Source: Macrostomum lignano
Lineage: Eukaryota
Length of the DNA stretch: 64,000 nt
Assembly (NCBI GenBank): GCA_002269645.1
Contig: NIVC01001483.1
Location: 62,001-126,000 of the forward strand
Reading direction: 5' to 3'
A program made the translations under genes and the position numbers. The notes below the pieces were generated by a model. That model searched no databases. It was given only the letters and a program-made list of their open reading frames with translations, and was not told the origin of the DNA. This document shows positions 13,082 through 23,204 of this stretch, piece after piece. Within the stretch, counting starts at the first letter, position 1. Every line of letters starts with the position of its first letter.

Positions 13082-14363
13082 CTACACGTAGTCTAGAATA
13101 ACCTGACGACCGCGAGTGATTTGCACAGTATTGTCAAAGTAGCCAAACACCAACACGTTGATTCCTGCGGCCAAGGCAGCAGAAAACTTTATTTGTAGCG
13201 TCAGATTCCCTCGCTCGCGAGGCATGCTATGCCCGCCCAGCTCCATGTCGGGCATGAGATTCCAGGCGAAGAAGCAGTAGCCAGCTCCATAGTCGGAATA
13301 TGATACGTCAATATCCAGGTCCCGATTCATCTTTCCTAGGCTTTTTAGTAGCATGGCATACTCGCGAGCATAGTTATGAACACCGAATCGAGGAGTAAAC
13401 GGTTGTCCACACAGACTGACACCGTCCTTATACAGTGCCACACTGTCGGCACCAAATGGCTCAAAATTAAACGGGTTATGTGTAGCCACACCGTTGTACG
13501 CGCCGCTGTTTACCATGCCAACAACCACTAGTTTAGGCTTTTGTTCAGGAAATATATTGTTGATTGACATGTTCCGAACACCGCCAGCCACTGAAGTATT
13601 GTGCACAACAAGTCGCTCAATCGGATAGATTGCATTCTGTTTGCCTAGTTGTTCTTCAATCTCCAATGCCAATTGGGGGTTTGCCTTGACGCGGCGCACA
13701 TGTAGTTTGGCACTCTCGAGTACTAGCCGCGCATCAACCCCGTCCGCGTGGTTTTCCAGAACGAAGCCGGAATTGTGCATGGTCAGCGTAATTACCATAT
13801 CAGTGTATGGCAGTAGCATTCGGTCGTTGGTAACAAAAAAGTCTAAACTAAGAGGTCCATAAAGGTGAAAGGTGCGTGAGTTTGCTGCCATCGCCTTCGG
13901 GCTACAAGCCAGGATTTCCAACCACAGCCATTTGACCTCCAGCGTCCTTTGCGTAGCCCATCATTCTCAGTTGATTGGTTTTTGAATCGTGTCCGTAATT
14001 CAAACACGTGCGAATATAGGCCTTGTAAGCGTGGTTGTTATTGCTCGACTCTACGTGTGTCCCGTTGATTGTCAACGTGACGTTTTTAAACATGCTTTCA
14101 AGGACGTAATTGACCGGCGCAACATTCGAATCAGCAGCAAGATTTGTACCATTAGACTGCTTAACGCGGGCCTTAATCTCGAGGTCAATGTCGTTAAGAT
14201 CGATAAACGTCTCACCACCAACAATCCTAAATTCGACCACGCTGGCATTTTCAACACTGGCAACAGGGTGAACTTCTTCAGTGGTGGCGCTAATTGCAGC
14301 AATTTGGTGTGCGCGAGGAGCAAATAGCTCGAATTCCGACTTTGTACACAGGCACTCAGTCAT
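13082..14363 (-). CDS. Polinton major capsid protein (double jelly-roll), frameshifted near 13900
   Basis: The 153-aa and 279-aa ORFs read as consecutive parts of the Polinton MCP pattern as recalled (C.KSE..LF, EF.I.G, PVN..L.S.F, AY....LNY, GMV...AYNG...NPFNF). Confidence 0.8.
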
Positions 14364-14405
14364 TTTTCTTTCAACAGCGGCTTAGTGTGGTGCTCTAATA
14401 GACAA

Positions 14406-14774
14406 TCAGTTATTGGCACGGGCTTTTTTATTTATAGAGTCGAAAATATCAGAATGCTGCAGTCTTTTTCTCGTTTTTTTGTTAGTCATCTTTCTTCGTC
14501 TTTGTCTGCCGCTACCACGTTGTGCGACTGTGTCCTTGAAAGCATCTTTAGCTGCCTGGACAGAGTTACGCAATGCTGCTTCTTTCAAGTTCCCGCCTTG
14601 ATCGAGTGTGTCGTTAACTGTTGTAGCTAGGGCTCGTGTTCCGTGGCGAAGAATATTTTTGCCAAAACTCTTTAAAATTGGCAGGGCAAATCGGGCAATG
14701 CTGCCAAACAGGCCGTTGCCGCGCTGTGCACCGGAAAATACCGGTAAAGCTCCTCCGATCAAGATTGAAGGCAT
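14406..14774 (-). CDS. Small basic virion/core-like protein with an amphipathic segment
   Basis: LIGG, QRGNG and QRGSG putative protease sites; amphipathic LFGSIARFALPILKSFGK; Arg/Lys-rich tail; lies between the penton and MCP genes. Confidence 0.6.
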   Translation of the reverse strand: MPSILIGGALPVFSGAQRGNGLFGSIARFALPILKSFGKNILRHGTRALATTVNDTLDQGGNLKEAALRNSVQAAKDAFKDTVAQRGSGRQRRRKMTNKKTRKRLQHSDIFDSINKKARANN

Positions 14775-14818
14775 ATTGTCGATCAGTTGCTACCTTTTAT
14801 TCGTGAAAACTTCTTTAT

Positions 14819-15972
14819 TTATAGCTTAATTTCACGAATGTTGATCGATAAAACAGTTTTACCTCGAAGAATCCGATCCATTAACTTGCCCATATCGTCA
14901 CAGATTTGCACCTCAATGGTTTTGAATGGGTGTTTCACCAACGGTAAGTAGGATGGATTGACAAACTCGTAGTATCTCGTTCGCCGTATACCTTTTCATT
15001 CAAAGGAATTGCCCCAAGCAGGGGGACTTTGACGTCTCCAACAATGGCAGAGTCGACAATATTTGAATAGATGTACATAGTTTGTACACCATTTGTTAAA
15101 TCGATTGGTCGTTTAGCGGTCTTTGGAGTTTCATTGAAAACATCTTCGCGAAAGCCGAGAATGGCAGCAAGCTCTCCAATGTCGAATAAAATGTTTTCAA
15201 TGGGTTTGTACTCACACCGGTTCAGAAAAGGGTTGTAGCTGAATGCATCCACTCTCGTCGCTGGACTTATTGGGAGCTTTGAAACGACGCTCCAAAGCGC
15301 TCCATTAACATAATTTAAGAGCTCGTCAGGCGTGCGGTAGAATCCTTTAGCAATCCGCAGTGACGTTCTAGAAGGCCAGACACTCTTTTCAAACGTTAGA
15401 GTCATGGGACTCTCTATGGAGGAGGAGGACTCCAATTCTATAGCGAATACTAACGAATTTCTTGGGTGTAATAAAAAAGTCGTTTCTTCGATATTTGATT
15501 TATTTCCAGCGTCGTCAACCTTTTTAAACATGCTGCACACATTACTGGACAGCCTAATGTTCGCACCATACCATGATTTGTTCACAATTGAAATTTGGCC
15601 TTCCTGTGAGCGCTCAATGCAAATCATCGCATTATCGTCTTGCTCATATTTTAGAGCGGCGATGATTGCATCAACCACTTCGTTGGCTGTTGATAGCCCC
15701 GCGGCGAGAGAAACCGACGCAAACTGTTTATACGTGGAGGCGGGTTTTTCTCTCACCTCAATGTCAATCACTTCATCCTCGGGAGCGTTGGTCAGGACAT
15801 CAACCATTCGATTATCGGGGACGGTTTTGAATTCTTTACAAAAGTAGATCCGTTCGATGCAGACTTCATGATTCGGAAAGTGGAGGGTGTCGGGCAAATT
15901 AATGCTATAATGTGCCGAATTATTCTCAGGATAGTGCTCAACGCACGCATTGCTAGGTAGGAATAGATGCAT
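14819..15972 (-). CDS. Minor capsid protein (penton-like), frameshifted near 14975
   Basis: LPSN...YPEN and YIYSNIV....VGD...PLL motifs. The adjacent frame continues YYEFVNPSYLP...IEVQICDDMG to a TAA at 14821-14819. Confidence 0.75.
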
Positions 15973-16006
15973 TGTAATATACTACACGTTTCGAGTGTAT
16001 GTGTGT

Positions 16007-17073
16007 TCATCCTTGTCTTATATTTATAACTTCCTCAACTGGTACAAATGCATTGAACGACTCGGGATAGCCGCGCCAACTAACGAAATGATGAGCGACA
16101 CCATTGATGATGACATTGCGACGCAGAATTTTGTCTATAACAAAGCGATCCGGTCGAACCGTCTTTGAAAGTTCATTATAGTAGAATCGACCCTCGATTT
16201 GTTCTCCAGATAGGTCGGAAATGCGATAAAAATGAGGCGGTCCCGGGCATACTTGAGACACAACGTAAACTTCTTCGCTGTACAAATCGTATGCTTCCTT
16301 GTCAAAGGCTCGACGAGATTTTGAAATTCTGACAAAGTCCCCCTTTTGGTAAACTGGTTCATCATATTCAGGATCCTTGTAGAGCTTTTCCCACAATTCT
16401 TTTTGATTGTGCAGACCGACACTCGAAGGTTTCATATCAATAGTAGAGTGTACTGTGTTGTTGTAACTTTTAACCAATATTGGCAAATAGTCGATCCAAC
16501 GCCACGTGTTTTTATGCTCAAAGTAGCGAGCTAAACGTTTTCGGAGAGTCCTAATCAGCCTTTCAGCCATATTTGCCTTGTATACAGAGTTTGTACTGTA
16601 CATTTTGATATTATGGCTTTCAGTAAGTTCTGCATGCGATTGTTATAAAACTCGGTACCTCGATCAACGTGTAGATATAAAGGCTTAATGGGGAAGTCTT
16701 TGATCATGCTTTCAAAAGCCTTTGGAGTGTCGCTTTTCAATTTTATTGACTGACAAAAAGCCAATTTACTAAGCACGTCAATTGCAACTAGAATATATCG
16801 ATGACCATCATTCCATTGTTCGTATCGTGACATGTCCATCAAATCCTCTTGCACAGTTTCCATGAAGCCTCCCGACATTACTTTTCCGGTTCGGAATTTT
16901 CTTTTAACCCTCTTGTGCCGGGTGTAGCTCGATTGGGTCTTCAGCCATTCGTCGGTTTGGCGTCTCGTCAGGGAGGGGACCAGCCGTTTGGCCTCCTGAT
17001 ATACACGGGCAGCATTTGTAAAAGCGGCGTCCCCCTGTTCGTACACTCTCCGAAGAGCGGTTTTCACCCTCAT
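16007..17073 (-). CDS. Retroviral-type DDE integrase with C-terminal chromodomain-like region, frameshifted near 16610
   Basis: QEDLMD, IDVLSK, HVDRGTEF and AERLIRT motifs; C-terminal IDKIL...FVSWRGYPESFNAFVP. Confidence 0.85.
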
Positions 17074-17210
17074 TCGCAACTAGATTCGATGCACAGCATG
17101 AGTAATTACACTTGAACTCCACAGACGGTTTGTCTGAGCAAAGCTTTGAAGTTACAGCTGCGGCACCCATGATCCAAAAACAGATTATAAATCATGAAAA
17201 TGATTTCTAT

Positions 17211-17885
17211 TTATAGTTTTTTTAACGTCTCGTATTTCACTGCTGGTTTCTGCCGCCTCTTTGGTTCGCGAAGTTGGTATGAAGCATGCCTGTAGGCATC
17301 GCTGCCACGATCTTCATATTTTTTTATTTCATTCAGGCCACTGGCTTGGTCTTTGTGGAAGTCGCTGTAGAAATCATTAGTTCCAATTGCTTGCTCGACT
17401 AAAAAATCGTCTCGATCCGGATCCGTGCCGACTTCTTTTTTCACACTGACTTCTTCTTGTTGGCGTCGTCCTAGTAGAGCTTTTGCAATATCTGCCTTTT
17501 CGGCCAGGGCCCAAAAAGCGGTACTATACTTTGGGCTTGGACGGTCGCGCCTTTCATTCGATGTAATCTCCTTCAATAGATCGAAAATATTGCTTCCTGG
17601 CCAGGTTTTTCCATCAAATACAATTTCCCACGACTTGTTGTACTCCAAATTTGGGTATCTTTCTGTCAGCATGTCCCAAACACGTTGTTGTCGTTCAGGA
17701 AAACGATTACTCTTCTTTTGCTTGATCTGACTTAGTTTATTTTGGAGTTGAGTGTTGTATTCAATGAGTTTTTCATATTCTGTTTTGGATGCAATTTCTT
17801 GGGGTGCGCCTTGACTTAGTCTATTAAATTCTTCTTCTGGTACAACAACGTATTTATTCATTTTAGCGACCAAGTAGTCCGCCAA
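17211..17885 (-). CDS. Uncharacterised Polinton-type protein (224 aa)
   Basis: Open ORF in the element. WEIVFDG...PGSNIFDLL resembles a recurrent Polinton protein (recalled, not searched). Confidence 0.55.
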   Translation of the reverse strand: MADYLVAKMNKYVVVPEEEFNRLSQGAPQEIASKTEYEKLIEYNTQLQNKLSQIKQKKSNRFPERQQRVWDMLTERYPNLEYNKSWEIVFDGKTWPGSNIFDLLKEITSNERRDRPSPKYSTAFWALAEKADIAKALLGRRQQEEVSVKKEVGTDPDRDDFLVEQAIGTNDFYSDFHKDQASGLNEIKKYEDRGSDAYRHASYQLREPKRRQKPAVKYETLKKL

Positions 17886-18219
17886 ACAGGCTTGATATTA
17901 GCGGTGCAGCAACAGATGCGAGGATGGGTAGAAAACCACCGACTTGAGGATTCGAGAGAAGCATATTCTTCTTCCTATTTATAGACAATTTTGTGTCTGC
18001 CAATTCACGCAATGATCTTCTGTATCGCTTTAATCGCAGATACTGTTTCGGAGAAAGATCGATATTTCCCCGGAGCACGTTGTGACTCAATTCACAGAGA
18101 CAATGAATCAGTTCCTTGCCTGCACCTCGAATAATGGCCCGCCGAAGAGCGGGACGGGCTTTGGCGAGCTCTGCGAGCTCGCCGCGACAAGAACATAGTC
18201 TGGAGATTCCGTTTGTCAT
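17863..18219 (-). CDS. Small basic Polinton protein with C-terminal amphipathic peptide
   Basis: LIHCLCELSHNVLRGN..L motif; basic body; QVGG followed by FLPILASVAAPLISSLFGGLLGR. ATG at 18219. Confidence 0.6.
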   Translation of the reverse strand: MTNGISRLCSCRGELAELAKARPALRRAIIRGAGKELIHCLCELSHNVLRGNIDLSPKQYLRLKRYRRSLRELADTKLSINRKKNMLLSNPQVGGFLPILASVAAPLISSLFGGLLGR

Positions 18220-18359
18220 TTTGTTTAGCAAAAAGATGTTTGTTGCAGTGCACTGCAATTTATGCACAATATATTTATAGACAATTTCATAGCAGCTTGT
18301 ACGTACATACAAATTCGGTACAGTGGTAAAGCAGTAAAGTTACGCAACAGCTACATGGA

Positions 18360-18686
18360 TTAGACATGCAAAACGCTAGTCACATGATCGTACATTTTAC
18401 AGAGCTCTTTAAAGTTTCGTATTCCAAGGAAAACAAGGCGGCCATTCTTTCCGCATAATAAACATTTAGCATTGCGAAATGGAGACTTTATTACTATTCC
18501 ATTGAAAACTTCACACTCCCACTTCACCCAGTGGGACCCGGAGTATGCAATTTGGAAAAAGTTTGGCCATCTGTCTACTTCAGCGCGGTAAGTACTAGTG
18601 GTAACAACAACAGAAATTGGTTTACATTGAGGAAAAAGACGCAAAACTTGGTTGACTGAGCGACAACCGAATACAATTGCAGACAA
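18360..18686 (-). CDS. Hypothetical protein (108 aa) in the Polinton-like element
   Basis: Same strand as all other element genes; CLLC motif; no recognisable family. Confidence 0.4.
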   Translation of the reverse strand: MSAIVFGCRSVNQVLRLFPQCKPISVVVTTSTYRAEVDRWPNFFQIAYSGSHWVKWECEVFNGIVIKSPFRNAKCLLCGKNGRLVFLGIRNFKELCKMYDHVTSVLHV

Positions 18687-18817
18687 AGAACGCTGAAAAA
18701 AGTTGATTGTACATTTTCATATTCGCAAATTGATAAGAGCTCTTGGTCTGCGAAATGTCCGTGCGCTCGCCCAGTCCAAGTCAGGCATGCGGCTCCATTT
18801 CGCGCAAAACACTCGGT

Positions 18818-19570
18818 TCACACACTCGACGTTCTGCAAGTAGATTTTTCGACAGTTTTTACTTTCGCATCCTTCTTGGGGGCTTTCGACCGCTTCTTTG
18901 ATTCGTTGGCTGCTACTAGTTTCGATTGATGCTGTCGCTTTCTGGCCTGATTTTTAGGCACCTTTGGCTGCTTCTCCTTGACAAGCTTTGGTGGTTTCTT
19001 TGCTTTCTTGCTTACTTTCTTGGCGCCTACCTTGATTTTTGGAGGTGGCGTCCAATAGCAACGATCGAATGCCTGTTTGGCTTCTTCGACAAACTGTAGC
19101 TGTTGAATTTTTGGCATTGCGGTCAAAACAGCGTCTCGAATCACGGCCGTGTCGAGAGTAAACAGAATCCTGTAGTAGCCGCTCTTGGTTTTGTAATCCT
19201 CTACAGGCAGTCCGTTTTGGTCGTACATTTTAAAGTCGTGAGCCAGCCCAAACGCTGCACTGTCACCTCCAAACGCTGGGTTATAGCCCAGCAGAGCTAG
19301 ACTTTCGCTGGAAAGGTGCTCCGCCACAGTGTTGAAAGTGTAGGGTATGCAGCTTTCAATGTGTTTTTGTGCAATGATGATGAATTCGCGACCTTCGTTG
19401 TCAGTACGCACGCCCTTGACGATCAAAACAGGGACCGCATTGGCCAAGTAGAGAGGTCCCTGTTCGTCATATTCAATGTCAAACGTTTCAACCCCGTTGA
19501 AGCTCGGACCTCGCGGTTTGAGTGCCAGCAGCTCTCGCTTGATGCAGTTGAAGTCTTGCACTGTCTCCAT
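18818..19570 (-). CDS. Hypothetical protein (250 aa) with Lys-rich C-terminal tail
   Basis: Long ORF with a real ATG, ~55-60 nt downstream of a TATATAAG box. Confidence 0.6.
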   Translation of the reverse strand: METVQDFNCIKRELLALKPRGPSFNGVETFDIEYDEQGPLYLANAVPVLIVKGVRTDNEGREFIIIAQKHIESCIPYTFNTVAEHLSSESLALLGYNPAFGGDSAAFGLAHDFKMYDQNGLPVEDYKTKSGYYRILFTLDTAVIRDAVLTAMPKIQQLQFVEEAKQAFDRCYWTPPPKIKVGAKKVSKKAKKPPKLVKEKQPKVPKNQARKRQHQSKLVAANESKKRSKAPKKDAKVKTVEKSTCRTSSV

Positions 19571-19579
19571 GTCTCTTGT

Positions 19580-20530
19580 CTGTTTAGAAAAATTTGCAGG
19601 TACGGGCGCTTGCAGATGCTCCGGGCTGGTGCTTATATACCCGAGAGTCTCAATAAGTTTTTGTTTTAATTACACGATAACGAGCTTTTTACAGAGTTGT
19701 CGTTATCGAGGATTCCGGAAAAAATGAACCTTTTGTTCCTATTTTCGGGTGCTGGCGTTGGAGGTGTGCTGAAATCCTTGCTCCAAGTTGCTGGTAGTTC
19801 AAGCTTTGGCGGCCTGTTCCTCTTGTGCTTTGGCAGCCAAAAATTCCAAATCTTTTGTTGCTCCTCCCACGACGGATTATACAGATCTTGATGGTTCCGA
19901 AAACGTATTTTTTGGCGATGCTCTTTACTTAGTATCGGAGCCAGTAATCTCTCCATTCGTGCTAAATCAGCTTTGAATCTCATTTTGTCCCGTAGTTGCT
20001 CATTTATCCTGGCTGCTGCGTAGTCTTGGCTGTCGTAGGGGCCTTGATCAATTTCCTCGACCTTGGCATTGAAGGTGACTAATCGCTCGGAAATCGGTTT
20101 GCTGTGGCAAATGCACAACCAGTCAGCAGATTTTTTCAAGGCCTCATATTCGTCTTTTTCCTCGTTCGATAATAGGGGGTAGGCTCCGGAAATCCAGCTC
20201 ATTTCTTGTCAAGCACTTGCTGCGTTGTTCGCACTAGTGGTGGGGATGTTATTCGAGCTTGAAAAACTGCCGAGAATCCGAGAAAAATTTGCAGGTACGG
20301 GTGCTTGGTGCCCAGGGTTGGTGCTTATATACCCGAGAGTCTCAATAAGTTTTTGTTTTAATTACATGTTAACGAGCTTTTTACGGTGTTGTCGTTATCG
20401 AGGATTCCAGAAAAAATGAGACTTGTACCTATTTTCGGTGCTGGCGTTGAAGGCCTTGCTCCTTGCTCAAAGTTGTTGGCAGTTCATGCTTTGATGGTCT
20501 GATCCTCTTGTGCTTTGGCAACCAAAAATT
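19580..20530. repeat. Duplicated ~260-280-bp cassette (19580-19860 and 20275-20530) containing a TATA box
   Basis: Near-identical blocks such as GGTGCTTATATACCCGAGAGTCTCAATAAG occur twice, each upstream of a minus-strand ORF. Confidence 0.85.
19666..20202 (-). CDS. Hypothetical protein (178 aa)
   Basis: ATG-initiated, downstream of the second TATATAAG copy. Confidence 0.55.
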   Translation of the reverse strand: MSWISGAYPLLSNEEKDEYEALKKSADWLCICHSKPISERLVTFNAKVEEIDQGPYDSQDYAAARINEQLRDKMRFKADLARMERLLAPILSKEHRQKIRFRNHQDLYNPSWEEQQKIWNFWLPKHKRNRPPKLELPATWSKDFSTPPTPAPENRNKRFIFSGILDNDNSVKSSLSCN

Positions 20531-20784
20531 GCTTGTCAAACACTGCGTTTTCCACATGATTGGGTTGTTAATTGAACTTGGTGAATTTAGATAAACGGCC
20601 GAGAATCCAAATTTTCTTATTTATATTTGCTGTCTGAACAAAATTGGTTTGGCATTTACGAGAATATTTCATGCATAGAAGTTTGTGTTTTCAGACCTTG
20701 ATGACGTGTCTGGCTATAAAGTTAGCATTGTGGCTCGACCGGGTTGTTGCGTAACACTGCTGCTGGTAGCTATAGCGGCCAGCG

Positions 20785-21294
20785 CAGGGCAGAGGGGTGG
20801 ACAGCTGCGATTTACTGGCTGACTGACTCATCATGCCTCCGCGCGGGGCCGCCAATTAATTGTGAGAGGCGACAGAATATTTTCTTGGATGGGTGGGCGC
20901 TACAATTCTGTGCGTACACGAAGTTTGGGTTTGATCGAACAGCTATGGGGTGGGCGGACGCTACAATTCTGCCAATTTTTGGTATATGGACAGTAAATAT
21001 GGACAGTTAATTCTGCGTACACCAATGCTGCATTGTGTGGGGATGGGGGTACGCGCGTTTCTGCGTACAACAACTGCGGAGCGCTAATTATGCGTACTAT
21101 ATTTTACTGGTCGCTTCTGTACACAGTGTACACTGATTACATGTATAGATTTTACATGAGAGTATAAATGTCTCACATAATGACTCTGGACCAATTAGTA
21201 ATCGGTCTAATGTATTTAGATAGGCGTTGAATTTGCATTGGCTCTGACACCCACCTCACCTCCAAAATCAACAACAATCTGCGCATTACGTAGT
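20785..21294. repeat. Right TIR of the Polinton-like element
   Basis: Inverted match to 11166-11785. Confidence 0.85.
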
Positions 21295-23204
21295 AATGTT
21301 GTCATGCTGCAGTTCGCACAGGTTTTTCTCGGCCTCGAGACATTTGTCAATTTTTTACGCACTTCGGCTTGCTCATTGAGCTGCATTATATTGGCAGTGC
21401 AATAGTTTTTGTAGCACATCTGATGCCAACGTCGGTCAGCACCTCGTGAACGGTACCACAGGCATCTCGGCCAAGAGTGCGGATTTTGATCCAGTCGTTA
21501 TCAAACAGGAGGCTGTCCGACCTAAGATTTGGTGAATTTTTATTCGCTTCATGTTTAATTCAAATTTATTCTGTTCAGCATTTTCAAAACCAGTTTACTG
21601 ACAGCTCATTTAAGTCGAATGGACCCCATGGGCAGTAGAAATGGCTATCAGTTCATTTTTGTGGTAGTATGATATTTGAATGGGATGAAAAGATTAGCTT
21701 TAAAACAAAATTATTGAAACCAATGCTAAATATTATGTAGTGTTTTGCTGTCACCTGTCACAGTTTTATGTAAATCTATACTTATTCTCAGCAGTATTGG
21801 GTAATTTAATTTCATCTTACTATTTCTAATCACGATATTTTTTGTTTGTCTAACCGTAAGAAATGTATTTTATTCAAACTGTGAAAATGTAAAATAATGT
21901 TCTTGAAGTCGGACGATTCTAACAATCACTTTAATTTCGTTGTGATGACAGATGAATAAACGAATGCGTTCTTGGCTTGTGGGTGCAAATATAAACGTCA
22001 ATGCGCCTTAATTTATTTCTTTTAATATTTGTATAATCTATATGCAATCAAAGTAATTAACATCTATATTTATGCTCAAAAATGACTAGATCTAGATCTA
22101 CAATTCAATTGAAACTGGATCGACTGAATATGCCAGTATGCCAGTATGCCAGTATGAATATGCTCACTGGACTGGCTATGCCAACCTACACTGTACCACG
22201 TCGCCCATGGAGATCGTTTAAAATACGACAAGAATCTACATCCAGTAAAACAATAGTAGTAAAGTAAGTACGTAAAGTAAGTATCGCAAAAATAGAGAAC
22301 TCACTACTGAAAAAATAATTACTAAATAATAATACAATAATCAAGAACGCCGGATATGTCATAAAAGTGCGGGAATTCAATTGATACATAAAAATCTTTA
22401 CAAAAAGGCGGGTTCCGATCGCACTAACTAACTGAATTTACCGCACTTAGGTTCACCGGATTTTTAACTTTAATTTTAAGGCTTAATTCAAGCGCAATCA
22501 CCATCCACTCCACTCCACCAGCTCGCGCACGACTATCAGAAAATCATATTTGCAATTATACTACTACTATAGTAAGGAAGCACAAAGCACTATACATTGA
22601 TCCTACATTATTCCCATATTAACATTTAAATAAACGATTGTGCTACCGTTACCTAATTAACACATTCATTTTTATTCATATTTGTGATAGTACTGATACC
22701 AGTCCAGTGGCAGTGATAGTCACAATCCAAATATACTAAATCTTAATCCAAAACAAATATATCCGAATATACTAAATTTAGCTTTGGCTGCTAGCTAGCT
22801 ACCCATAGGCCTAGCTACATGTAACTAAATACACTAAATCTCTAAGATCTGTCTTATAATTCTAATTATATTGTCTATAGCTTAGGCCCTTACTGATCTG
22901 TAGGATTATAAATAAAATAAAATAGTATATCATACATACACAATATTAATTTTTTAAATTGGCCTAACTGGCTAACATTACAATTTTGAATTTATATATA
23001 TATTTCATTAGGAGATCATATATTACACCTAGCTGGTTGATTGGTCGACTTGCATTCAGCTTTAGATATGAAATAATATATGTTGCAGGGCATTTTCTTT
23101 TAATAATAATGGTGCATGACCAAGACTGCCACATACCAAGACTGCCATAGCTCTTACTGGCTACTAGAATTGAAGGAGAGCTACCAATCTTCCAGCATTG
23201 CTAT

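Larger units (their letters stand above)
11166..21294 (-). mobile_element. Polinton/Maverick (adintovirus-like) endogenous element lacking a recognisable pPolB, 10,129 bp
   Basis: 6-bp TSD AATGTT (11160-11165, 21295-21300). Termini ACTACGTA...TACGTAGT and long TIRs. Integrase, capsid, protease and ATPase genes are all on the minus strand. Confidence 0.9.
10903..21762 (-). pseudogene. Kinase gene fragment, copy C, interrupted by the Polinton
   Basis: 10903-11165 and 21295-21762 are colinear with copy A (~3850-4580), including introns. There is a small frameshifting insertion near 21385, and both ends are truncated. Confidence 0.85.

Noticed and set aside
16904-17170. Cys-rich 88-aa ORF overlapping the integrase start
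   Set aside because: It might be a small gene or a frameshifted integrase N-terminus, but no motif is strong enough to call.
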